Origin: Elainellaceae cyanobacterium
GTDB lineage: Bacteria > Cyanobacteriota > Cyanobacteriia > CAZCXK01
Direction: 5' to 3'
Assembly: GCA_051117555.1 (NCBI GenBank)
Contig: JBNPEG010000086.1
Span: 27,742 to 91,741 of the forward strand
Length of the DNA: 64,000 nucleotides
Each line of letters begins with the position of its first letter. Position 1 is the first letter of the stretch. The notes beneath the pieces are model-generated. The model saw only the letters and a list, made by a program, of their open reading frames with translations, was not told the origin of the DNA and did no database searches. Of the stretch, positions 33,258 to 42,283 are shown piece by piece. The position numbers and the translations under genes are program-made.

Positions 33258-33872
33258 ATGGGTGAGCCGAATTACTACGAAAAGCTGGGTTTGGATGAGA
33301 GTTCTTCATTCGAAGAAATTCAGGATGCTCGTAATCGCCTACTGGAGGAGCACAGTGGCGATCGCAAGCAGCAGGAGACGATTGAGGCTGCGTACGACGC
33401 GATCTTGATGGATCGCTTACGTCTCCGTCAAGAAGGCAAAATCAAAGTGCCAGATCGGATTCGTTTTCCAGAACGTCTAGCCGAGCCTCCTCCTGACATT
33501 AATACAGCGCCAAGGCAGCAGGCTCCGGAATGGCTGCAACGCTTTATTGATACTCCGAGTCGCGAAGAAATTTTATGGCCCGCTGTGTCATTCGTTGCGA
33601 TTGGGTTACTCAGCTTGGTGGATGCATCATATGCGGCGCTTTCACTGGCGATCGCTGCCGGGTTTAGCCTATATTTCTTAAATCGCAAGGAGCGTAAATT
33701 TGGGCGAGCATTTTTGCTGACTCTGATTGGCCTGATCGGAGGAGTCTTTGTAGGTCTGCAACTTGGGAATCTGATGCAAAGCCAGCTTGAAGCGGTCAGT
33801 TTAGCACCTGATTCATTCGCAGTCTTGGTGACAGCATTTTTGCTTTGGTTGATTAGCAGCTTTTTGCGGTGA
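33258..33872 (+). CDS. CPP1-like (DUF3353) J-like membrane protein
   Basis: YEKLGL...SFEEIQDAR, IEAAYDAILMDRLRLRQEGKI.VP..IRFPE, C-terminal TMs. Confidence 0.88.
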   Translation: MGEPNYYEKLGLDESSSFEEIQDARNRLLEEHSGDRKQQETIEAAYDAILMDRLRLRQEGKIKVPDRIRFPERLAEPPPDINTAPRQQAPEWLQRFIDTPSREEILWPAVSFVAIGLLSLVDASYAALSLAIAAGFSLYFLNRKERKFGRAFLLTLIGLIGGVFVGLQLGNLMQSQLEAVSLAPDSFAVLVTAFLLWLISSFLR

Positions 33873-34049
33873 CGATTGTCAGAAAACCTTGAAATTTGAG
33901 GTCAAATATTCATGGGAGCTTTAAAAAAATAACGTCACACGTTGGAGCAGTCAGCAGTCAGCACTCGGCGGTCAAAATTCGGCGAAAAGCTGACATATGC
34001 TCAAAACGTGCGAAGTTGCTTGTTATTAAGCGTTATTAAGCCCATCGGA

Positions 34050-34757
34050 TTAGGCGCGCTCAGATGATTGAAGCCATGATTTTGTGGCGATAATTTCGAG
34101 GGCTTCAGTCAAATCAGCCGCAATCCAGTCAGGCTCATAGTTCATCAACTGGTCGCGATCGCGAATTCCACATAAAACGCCAATGACCGGGATGCCGTGT
34201 GCTTTCGCAGATAAAATATCAGCCTCGGTATCTCCAATCATCCACGTTTCTGCCGCATGTGGCATTTCCAATAATGCTTGTTGCATGAGCAGCGTTTTTT
34301 CTTCGATGTCTGTGGTCTTAAATGCCCGATTACATCGACAGTAGCGATGGTCTTCTGGAAACAGATCCGTCAAATCGAACTGCTTGAGGGCATACTCTAG
34401 CTCATGAAGTCGCCGCATGGTCATCAGCGTTAAATCAATATTCATCCGCTGAATTTGCTGTAGCGCTTCACGAGCGTCGGGCATTAGTTGGTCAAAACAC
34501 AGATACGGAAGCGTATGCACCGTTTTTCGTCGAAGTTGGGCAAACGTTCTACCTTGCATTTCATCTAGCCCTGAAATTTGACCGATTTGCCGCTCAGGGA
34601 CGCGCGATCGTTTCAGTGCCCAAAACTCGGTCTTAGATAGCCAACGCACCGATTGCTCTGGACGGCGAACTTGGTCTAGGCAAAAGTGATATACGCGATA
34701 ATACCGTTCTGAGACGTCTACAATTGGACCATCAAAATCGGTAATAAGCCTCAGCAT
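34050..34757 (-). CDS. HAD family hydrolase
   Basis: TDFDGPIVDVS, WMIGDTEADI. Confidence 0.9.
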   Translation of the reverse strand: MLRLITDFDGPIVDVSERYYRVYHFCLDQVRRPEQSVRWLSKTEFWALKRSRVPERQIGQISGLDEMQGRTFAQLRRKTVHTLPYLCFDQLMPDAREALQQIQRMNIDLTLMTMRRLHELEYALKQFDLTDLFPEDHRYCRCNRAFKTTDIEEKTLLMQQALLEMPHAAETWMIGDTEADILSAKAHGIPVIGVLCGIRDRDQLMNYEPDWIAADLTEALEIIATKSWLQSSERA

Positions 34758-34997
34758 AAGGAAATGCCTTCTAGAACTATTAATTTTTATTGCACGCCCA
34801 TTACAGATTATCCTATTCCCCGTGCTGAAACAGATTTTCTTAAGATATATAGCGGCATGCGCTTGGGTTAAGTAGGGTGATGTGGCCCAGAAATAAAAAA
34901 TTGCGCACCCTGTATAAACAGCATTAGGGGCAGTTCGTGAACCGCCCCTAATATCTTATTTACATAGATCTGCTCCACCACCTACCGAGTGCGATGA

Positions 34998-35456
34998 TTA
35001 GCGATAACGTCTGCGCTTAGCACTGGTTTGGCGAGACAGTTTTGCATGGCGGCGTACTGATGACCGGCGGCGACGAGACGCTGTTGCCCCTACGCCCATA
35101 ATGCCGAGCAGCGCGGGCAACTGAAAATTGCTAGAGCGATGCTGCCGAGCTACATAGTCGGCATTCTGCGTTACTCGGTCGGCGTGCCGATCTTGATTCC
35201 GCTGTATGTAGTTGGAATATACGGCATCAGCAGCAGACGCAATGCTTGTTGCGATTAGTAGTCCTAAAATAACAGGACTCTTTGCATCGGAGTGTCCCTT
35301 CTTGATGGTGTAGGTCGCATAGATGAAATAAATGAATATGAGAGCGCTGACCACACATAGAATGCCCATAATCACAGGGCGATCGGCAAACGTATAGATG
35401 GGACCAGTAGCCTCATAAAATTCATCGTATGTTGAAAATGGGCTAGAGCCACGCAT
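34998..35456 (-). CDS. Small membrane protein downstream of amt-like gene
   Basis: AAGGAGAG RBS; YTFADRP followed by TM, second TM, Arg-rich tail; 57 nt after amt stop. Confidence 0.75.
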   Translation of the reverse strand: MRGSSPFSTYDEFYEATGPIYTFADRPVIMGILCVVSALIFIYFIYATYTIKKGHSDAKSPVILGLLIATSIASAADAVYSNYIQRNQDRHADRVTQNADYVARQHRSSNFQLPALLGIMGVGATASRRRRSSVRRHAKLSRQTSAKRRRYR

Positions 35457-35513
35457 AGTTCTCTCTCCTTAGGGGTAATAACTGAAGCGATCGCAAGTTT
35501 ACAAGTCGCACCA

Positions 35514-36920
35514 TTATTTGATCGATGTCATCGGAGCTTCTTCTCCCGGAACGATCGAATATTCTGGATAGCCTTGAGTCCCAAAGTCCCCCATATCCAG
35601 ACCTTCGATTTCTTCCTCACGAGGAACTCTCAACAGGTTCATCTGCTTCAGTACCCAACTCACGCCATAGCCAGGGATAAACCCTAACAGAATGGTGCAA
35701 ACTAGGGTTGGAATCAACTGACCAATGAAACCCGTTGCGGGATACCCATCTCCTTGGATGTATCCGGTCGCCATCACGCCAACCGCCATCGCGCCAAAAA
35801 CCCCGCAATAGCCGTGAACCGCAAACGCACCCACGGCATCATCGATGCCAATCTTCTCAATCCACATACCCACCCAAGGCATGGTCAACGCGCCGATGAA
35901 TGCAATCGGGATAACCAGCAGTGGCGCATAGAGGTCAAGCCCTGCGCCAACAGAAATGATGCCAGCCAGCCCCCCCGAAATGGTAAAGAAGGGATCGCCC
36001 TTTGACCCGATGTACGCACCCACAATACCGATACAGAGCGCAAGGGTCGTATTGACTGCAATCGAAGCCAATGTCATGGGAGTGTCATAAATGGTAGTTT
36101 CTCTGGCAAAGCCGGGGCTATAAATGACACATGCCGCTAAAAAGGCATAAAACCCAACAAAGATAAGCATGAGCCCAACCATTGTTAAGGGAAGGTTGTG
36201 AGGCAAAATTGCTCTTGGCTTACCATCGGCGTCATATTTACCAATGCGGGGGCCTAGATTAATCAGTACCCCGAGAGCAAAGAAGCCAGATACTCCATGA
36301 ACGACAGCAGAGCATCCAAAATCGTGATAGCCCAAATTGGTCGTAAACCATCCCCAATAGTTCCATCCCCAAGCTGCTGCAACGACCCAAGTAAATCCAC
36401 CCAAGATCGTGGCAAGTACCACATAGGCACCCAGACGAATTCGCTCAATCACAGCACCTGACATGATTGATGCCGTCGTCATAGCAAATAATGAGAATGC
36501 AAACCAGAACACCCCGGTGAGGTTATCCGAGATATTAGGCCCCATCGCTTCAGACCAAGGATAGGATGCCTGAACCAACGGTAAAATGTCGGCTGCTGCG
36601 CCCTCGACCTCGCCTGTCCACGGGCCTAAAATGCCTCCGTTGAACGGAAAGAGGGGAAATGCCCAATATACCCACCAGCCAAAGAAGAAAAATGCTAAAC
36701 CAACTGTAGATAGGGTCAGCAGGTTTTTGACCATTGTTGCTAGGACATTCTTAGCCCGAGATGCACCGCCCTCGTATGCTAAGAAGCCGACATGAATGAC
36801 TAACATGAAGACAGATGCCCAGTAGTAATAGGACTCTGTCACAAACGTTTCTAGAAACTGAGTTGATGCTGGCAAGTCCTCAAAGGCAACTTGCGACAAC
36901 AACATTACGTCAAGGATCAT
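35514..36920 (-). CDS. amt: Amt/Mep/Rh-family transporter (divergent)
   Basis: ~11 TM; GFLAYEGG..R.KN, SGAVIER, HDFGCSAVVH, LGPRIGK, DDAVGAFAVHG; GAGGAG RBS. Confidence 0.9.
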   Translation of the reverse strand: MILDVMLLSQVAFEDLPASTQFLETFVTESYYYWASVFMLVIHVGFLAYEGGASRAKNVLATMVKNLLTLSTVGLAFFFFGWWVYWAFPLFPFNGGILGPWTGEVEGAAADILPLVQASYPWSEAMGPNISDNLTGVFWFAFSLFAMTTASIMSGAVIERIRLGAYVVLATILGGFTWVVAAAWGWNYWGWFTTNLGYHDFGCSAVVHGVSGFFALGVLINLGPRIGKYDADGKPRAILPHNLPLTMVGLMLIFVGFYAFLAACVIYSPGFARETTIYDTPMTLASIAVNTTLALCIGIVGAYIGSKGDPFFTISGGLAGIISVGAGLDLYAPLLVIPIAFIGALTMPWVGMWIEKIGIDDAVGAFAVHGYCGVFGAMAVGVMATGYIQGDGYPATGFIGQLIPTLVCTILLGFIPGYGVSWVLKQMNLLRVPREEEIEGLDMGDFGTQGYPEYSIVPGEEAPMTSIK

Positions 36921-37051
36921 TAGTCTCTTGCTCCTCAGGTAAATACAAGTAGTTTTGATGTGTCAAACCAACAGATCGATCGACCCAACGATCGATAAAC
37001 TACATTGCGCAAACTTGAGGAACAGTCTGCCGTGATTGTTATAACAAGTTT

Positions 37052-37065
37052 GTAGCTACAAATAC
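37052..37065 (-). promoter_or_regulatory. NtcA box for amt promoter
   Basis: GTA-GCTACAAA-TAC; on the minus strand a -10-like CAGACT follows after 22 nt (class II NtcA geometry). Confidence 0.7.
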
Positions 37066-37134
37066 GGAATCAGGCTACAAACGCGAATTATAAAGCCTTG
37101 TTGTATGAGCACCTGCTAGCTATTTTTAGTCACG

Positions 37135-37392
37135 CTACCGGAACGTCAACTGAAAATTTGTAATTTTGACGATAAATCGGTGAACCGTTCTTCCGCCGAG
37201 CGCTCTGATGAAATAGCTAATGTAAGAGTGAGCATCTGCGGGTGCTGCAGCAATATTCCCTTGCCAGTGAATATAGTTAATTCGGCAAAAAGGACCAGAC
37301 ATTACCTCATAGCAAAATTCCCAACCCGGCGCATACGTGACATCACCAGGCTGGAGAAATGGACGTTTGGTAGGAGGAAGTGCGTTTGACAT
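37135..37392 (-). CDS. Small hypothetical protein
   Basis: ~85-aa ORF between the two NtcA boxes; no recognised motif. Confidence 0.4.
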   Translation of the reverse strand: MSNALPPTKRPFLQPGDVTYAPGWEFCYEVMSGPFCRINYIHWQGNIAAAPADAHSYISYFIRALGGRTVHRFIVKITNFQLTFR

Positions 37393-37440
37393 CACATTGA
37401 GGAGGCTAATATGAACGGCAGCTTAAAACTAGGATTATTT

Positions 37441-37456
37441 TGTATTTGTAAATACA
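37441..37456. promoter_or_regulatory. NtcA box
   Basis: TGTA-TTTGTAAA-TACA, near-perfect palindrome; -10-like CATTCT 21 nt downstream on the plus strand. Confidence 0.65.
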
Positions 37457-37607
37457 GAATCAAGCCTGCATTTGTGCATTCTTATCTTTATGGTATCGCA
37501 AGGTTCTAGGAATCTCTGGAAATGCTTGAGGAGTTTAAAGATTTTTGAATAGGTTCCCGAAGAGTATGTTCGAGTAAAAGTTCTTGGGTATTCACCATTA
37601 GCACGCT

Positions 37608-38465
37608 GTGATGTCGAGCCTCCCGATACAATCGTTCAAGGAGAAAATTTGTCAGTATCGTGACATTTATCTTGCGCTGTTATCTGGGAGCCAAACGATT
37701 CAGTCTGAGCATTGGCAAACTGGACAGCAGCCTGATAATTTGTGTGGTCCATATTGGGCCGCTATTTTGCTGAGGGCGATCGCCCGCGTCAATACCACCC
37801 CGTCGGAGATTGGCAAATGGTCAGGGACAATCTTGCCAACAGGAGATGCTAAGCAGTGGTTACCGCTAGGAGCAGACTCTCGGCAAGATTACACGACTCC
37901 CTTACTTACCACTATCCATTTACATGAATCAGGCACATCTGCCGGAGGGTTAGCAGCAGCCGTCAAGCAATGCTCTGCCAATCGATACAGATTTATCCCC
38001 GTTCAATGTCAGTGGTCTGCTGATAAAATCCGCCAATTATTTTGGCTGTGCCACCAGCACCCCAAATGGAATATCGTTCCGGTCTGCAATCTCAATACGG
38101 GATATCTGTGGGGAGCAAATTTGCCCATTTCAGAGGCGATCGCCCACTTGAACGGCATGCCTATCACGCCTCCGCCGCCCGACTGGGCGGTTGGGCATTT
38201 TGTGGTTCTAGCCGGGATTCTTCACACCAGTCACCGTTCTCTCGCGCTCATGCAAGATACTTACCCCACACTGGGTTGGCAGGGCTATCATCTGCAGCCG
38301 TGGGAGGCGATCGCCGCAGGGCTTGCCCGCGACGGACAGTCTCAAGGTGGCATTTTGCTATTTGCTGCAACCCACGATCAGAGTGAGATTGAAGCTCAAC
38401 TTCAGGATGCCGGCTTTGAGATCACGCTGTGGGATAATGGAACCCCCCGCTACCTGATTGAGTGA
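37608..38465 (+). CDS. Hypothetical protein with putative papain-like (C39/phytochelatin-synthase-like) Cys-His-Asp triad
   Basis: QQPDNLCGPYW, GTSA.GL, GHFVVLAG, DTYP. Confidence 0.7.
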   Translation: MMSSLPIQSFKEKICQYRDIYLALLSGSQTIQSEHWQTGQQPDNLCGPYWAAILLRAIARVNTTPSEIGKWSGTILPTGDAKQWLPLGADSRQDYTTPLLTTIHLHESGTSAGGLAAAVKQCSANRYRFIPVQCQWSADKIRQLFWLCHQHPKWNIVPVCNLNTGYLWGANLPISEAIAHLNGMPITPPPPDWAVGHFVVLAGILHTSHRSLALMQDTYPTLGWQGYHLQPWEAIAAGLARDGQSQGGILLFAATHDQSEIEAQLQDAGFEITLWDNGTPRYLIE

Positions 38466-38657
38466 TAAAAGATTCGGAGGTTGGCTCGGAGGTTGGCGAT
38501 TATAGACGCATCGCGGCTTCTCGAAGAGTAACCGCGCCTAGACAAGCAAAGTCGGCCTGCGCCGACTGGTTTCAACCCGCGGAGGCGGGTTTTGCGCGTG
38601 TAGCCGCAGTTTTAACTGCCGCTACTACTACTACACCACGTTTTGTCAGTCAATCAG
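38454..38657. mobile_element. MITE, second copy of 3755-3911 family
   Basis: CTGATTGAGTGATAAAAGATTC ... TTTTGTCAGTCAATCAG; shared core CAAGCAAAGTCGGC.TGCGCCGACT..TTTCAACCCGCG.AGGCGGGTTTT. Confidence 0.88.
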
Positions 38658-38839
38658 CCCATGAACTCCAAATTTTTCCAAATTTTTCTAGATATTTCTA
38701 ACTATCTGGGCATTTTGATGCCAGTGACCCACGATCTTTTAGATGATGAAATAAGGGGATCAAACGTTTGGCAAACTGATCGGTGTTTACAGCCGTTTGA
38801 TTCAGCCTGAGCTTTGATTCAGCCTACGTTAAAAAATCA

Positions 38840-39040
38840 GTTGGTATAGACGTTTAACACCCAAAAAATAATGCTTTCAGGGGAAAGCCTGGGATGGTAG
38901 CTCCTGAATATAACCCTGCTGGGAAACTCTACGACGCGTTATCCGTTCACTACAGGTAAGCGGGTTCACACCAGAAATCCTTCTCGTGGGAGACGAAAGT
39001 TTCAATATCCTACTGGGTTGAACGTCGGGAACCATCCAAC
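38840..39040 (+). ncRNA. Candidate structured RNA / 5' leader of SSADH-OGDC operon
   Basis: Closing stem plus three internal stems identified by eye; G-U pairs favour the plus strand; no family recognised. Confidence 0.45.
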
Positions 39041-39100
39041 AGCTTTTGAATGATTTGTTTTGAACTATTTGTGTTTTGAACTATTTGGGAGAACTCTGCA

Positions 39101-40486
39101 ATGAGTATCGCCACAATTAATCCTACAACCGGAGAAACGATTAAAACCTTTGAACCGCTGACCCAGGATCAAATCGATCAGGCGATCGCCCACGCGGATC
39201 AAGCGTTTCAAGACTATCGCTACACCTCTTTGGCTCAGCGTGCAGTCTGGCTTACCCATGCGGCTGAGATCTTGGAGCGTGACAAAGAGGCATGGGGCAA
39301 AATCATGACCCTAGAAATGGGAAAACCCCTTAAAGCCGCGATCGCCGAAGTTGAAAAAAGTGCTTGGGTGTGCCGCTACTATGCGGATCACGCGGCTGAG
39401 TTTTTGTCAGACGTTCCCATTGCCACCGATGCCAGCCAAAGCTTTGTACGATATCAGCCGCTGGGAGTGATATTAGCGGTAATGCCTTGGAATTTCCCTT
39501 TCTGGCAGGTCTTTCGGTTTGCGGCCCCCGCGCTCATGGCGGGTAACGTGGGGTTGCTCAAACATGCCTCTAACGTTCCTCAATGTGCGCTTGCCATTGA
39601 AGATATTATTCGCAAAGCGGGGTTTCCAGATGGGGTGTTCCAAACCTTACTGATCGGGGCCAGCGCCGTTGAGCAGGTGATCACAGACGATCGGGTTAAA
39701 GCCGCTACGTTAACTGGAAGTGAACCTGCCGGCGCGAGTCTCGCGGCGGCAGCAGGCACGCGGATCAAGAAAACGGTGCTAGAACTCGGCGGCAGCGATC
39801 CGTTCATTGTCATGGAAAGCGCCGATCTAGATGCAGCCGTCTCAACCGCAGTGACAGCGCGCATGATCAACAACGGTCAATCCTGCATCGCAGCGAAGCG
39901 ATTTATCGTACATGAGGCGATCGCCGATCAGTTTACCGAGCATCTGATCCAAAAGTTTGCTGTGCTTAACATTGGCGACCCCATGCAGCCTGATACCGAT
40001 ATAGGACCGTTGGCAACCGCAAGCATTTTGCAAGACATCAAACACCAAGTCGAAGCGAGCATACGTCAGGGTGCCAAGCTTCTGTTTGGAGGCGATCTAA
40101 GCGCGATGCAAACGAGTGAAGAGCTGCAATCAGGAAATTTCTACCCGCCCACGATTTTGACCCACATCTTACCCGGAACGCTCGCTGATCAAGAAGAATT
40201 TTTCGGTCCGGTGGCCTTACTATTTCGGGTGCCTAATTTGGATGCTGCCATTGAGCTGGCAAACCGAACTCCGTTTGGCTTGGGAGCAAGCGCTTGGACT
40301 CAGGATACGGCTGAGCGCGATCGCCTCATCGCTGAAATCGACGCCGGCTGCGTGTTTATTAACGGCATGGTCAAGTCTGATCCCCGGCTGCCCTTCGGTG
40401 GTATCAAGCGATCCGGCTATGGGCGAGAATTGGGCGTGCAGGGCATTCATGAATTTGTCAACATCAAAACTGTTTGGGTGAAGTAG
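39101..40486 (+). CDS. gabD: NAD(P)-dependent succinate-semialdehyde dehydrogenase
   Basis: MPWNFPFWQ, LTGS, LELGGSDP, GQSCIAAKR, EEFFGPV, PFGGIKRSGYGRELG; paired with OGDC-like gene. Confidence 0.88.
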   Translation: MSIATINPTTGETIKTFEPLTQDQIDQAIAHADQAFQDYRYTSLAQRAVWLTHAAEILERDKEAWGKIMTLEMGKPLKAAIAEVEKSAWVCRYYADHAAEFLSDVPIATDASQSFVRYQPLGVILAVMPWNFPFWQVFRFAAPALMAGNVGLLKHASNVPQCALAIEDIIRKAGFPDGVFQTLLIGASAVEQVITDDRVKAATLTGSEPAGASLAAAAGTRIKKTVLELGGSDPFIVMESADLDAAVSTAVTARMINNGQSCIAAKRFIVHEAIADQFTEHLIQKFAVLNIGDPMQPDTDIGPLATASILQDIKHQVEASIRQGAKLLFGGDLSAMQTSEELQSGNFYPPTILTHILPGTLADQEEFFGPVALLFRVPNLDAAIELANRTPFGLGASAWTQDTAERDRLIAEIDAGCVFINGMVKSDPRLPFGGIKRSGYGRELGVQGIHEFVNIKTVWVK

Positions 40487-40636
40487 CGATCCCGCGTTGA
40501 GAGTTCATATACAACAAATCCTGACAAAGGCTGGGCGATCGCCCTAGAAGGTTGGTCATAATGGGCAAGAGACGGAGTCTGCCAATCAAACACACTGGCT
40601 CGTTGCTGATAGCAAAAACTAAAAGGGATTGACGAC

Positions 40637-42283
40637 ATGGGCGAGATGAACACAGCCGAGTTACTAGTAAGCTGCCTCGAAAATGAGGGGGTTGAATATG
40701 TGTTTGGGCTTCCAGGTGAAGAGAATCTGCAAATCCTAGAAGCCCTAAGAGAGTCTTCCATTCGATTCATCACGACTCGCCATGAACAAGGGGCAGCATT
40801 CATGGCCGATGTCTACGGTCGCCTCACAGGAAAAGCCGGAGTTTGTCTTTCAACTCTCGGTCCAGGCGCAACCAACTTGATGACCGGCGTTGCCGATGCA
40901 AACCTAGATCGAGCTCCTCTCGTTGCGATCACTGGGCAGGTTGGCACCGATCAGATGCACATTGAGTCTCATCAATATTTAGACTTGGTGGCAATGTTTT
41001 CACCCGTGACCAAATGGAATACGCAAATCGTCCGCCCCAGCAATACGCCAGAAATTGTCCGAAAAGCGTTTAAGCTTGCCCAAACTGAGAAACCCGGTGC
41101 CGTTCACATCGATCTGCCTGAAAACATCGCCGCAATGCCAGCCGTCGGTGCCCCCCTTAGAACCGATCGCCAGGAGAAAACGTTTGCATCGTTTCAAGGG
41201 TTAGAAGCAGCCGCATCGGCAATCTCAAAAGCCAAGAATCCGATGATTTTGGTAGGCAATGGCGTATTGCGATCGCACGCGAGTGAATCACTGACTGAAT
41301 TTGCGACTCAGTTGAATATTCCCGTGGCGAATACCTTTATGGGCAAGGGCGCCATCCCCTATACCCATCGTCTCGCCCTATGGACAGTCGGGCTTCAGCA
41401 GCGAGATTTTATTAGCTGCGCCTTTGACAATACCGATTTGGTAATCGCAATCGGCTATGACCTTATTGAATATTCCCCTAAGAAATGGAATCCTGATGGG
41501 CATATCCCCATCATTCATATCAATCGAACTCCCGCCGAAATCGACAGTAGCTATATTCCGCTAGCAGAAGTCGTCGGTGATATTTCTGACTCACTTTGGG
41601 AGATTCTCAAGCGAGCGAGTCGTCAAGATAAAACCGATCCTCAGTCACTCGATCTCTGGAAAGACATTCGCGCTGACTACGATCAGTACGCCAGCGATAG
41701 CGAATTCCCAATCAAGCCTCAAAAGCTAATCTATGATTTACGCCAGGTCATGGGTCCTGAAGATATCGTCATTTCGGATGTGGGAGCCCACAAGATGTGG
41801 ATTGCCCGCCATTATCATTGCGATCGCCCCAATACGTGCCTTATTTCTAACGGATTTGCTGCAATGGGCATCGCAATTCCAGGGGCGATCGCTGCGAAAT
41901 TAGTCGCACCTGATCGCAAGGTGGTCGCAGCCACAGGCGATGGGGGTTTTATGATGAATTGCCAAGAACTCGAAACGGCGCTACGGGTTGGTACTCCCTT
42001 CGTCACCATCATCTTTAATGACGGCGGATATGGGCTAATCGAATGGAAGCAAATCAATCACTATGGCAAATCGTCATTTGTTCACTTTGGTAATCCCGAC
42101 TTTGTCAAACTGGCAGAAAGCATGGGTCTCAAAGGATACCGCATCGAATCGACCACAGATTTTGTACCCACTCTAAAAGAGGCGCTCAATCAAGACGTAC
42201 CTGCTGTGATTGACTGCCCAGTAGATTATCGTGAGAATTTGCGATTTAGCCAAAAAGCGGGCGATTTGAACTGCGCGATTTAA
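40637..42283 (+). CDS. ThDP-dependent 2-oxoglutarate decarboxylase (acetolactate synthase-like)
   Basis: FGLPGEEN, RHEQGAAF, GPGATN, ThDP motif GDGGFMMN..ND; adjacency to SSADH matches the cyanobacterial TCA bypass. Confidence 0.8.
   Translation: MGEMNTAELLVSCLENEGVEYVFGLPGEENLQILEALRESSIRFITTRHEQGAAFMADVYGRLTGKAGVCLSTLGPGATNLMTGVADANLDRAPLVAITGQVGTDQMHIESHQYLDLVAMFSPVTKWNTQIVRPSNTPEIVRKAFKLAQTEKPGAVHIDLPENIAAMPAVGAPLRTDRQEKTFASFQGLEAAASAISKAKNPMILVGNGVLRSHASESLTEFATQLNIPVANTFMGKGAIPYTHRLALWTVGLQQRDFISCAFDNTDLVIAIGYDLIEYSPKKWNPDGHIPIIHINRTPAEIDSSYIPLAEVVGDISDSLWEILKRASRQDKTDPQSLDLWKDIRADYDQYASDSEFPIKPQKLIYDLRQVMGPEDIVISDVGAHKMWIARHYHCDRPNTCLISNGFAAMGIAIPGAIAAKLVAPDRKVVAATGDGGFMMNCQELETALRVGTPFVTIIFNDGGYGLIEWKQINHYGKSSFVHFGNPDFVKLAESMGLKGYRIESTTDFVPTLKEALNQDVPAVIDCPVDYRENLRFSQKAGDLNCAI

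Noticed and set aside
38462..38701. 79-aa ORF after the Cys hydrolase
   Set aside because: Lies almost entirely within the MITE
38870..38910. Similarity of TGCTTTC..TGGTAGCT to a Cas12k tracrRNA segment
   Set aside because: Too short, spacing differs, no cas12k or array adjacent
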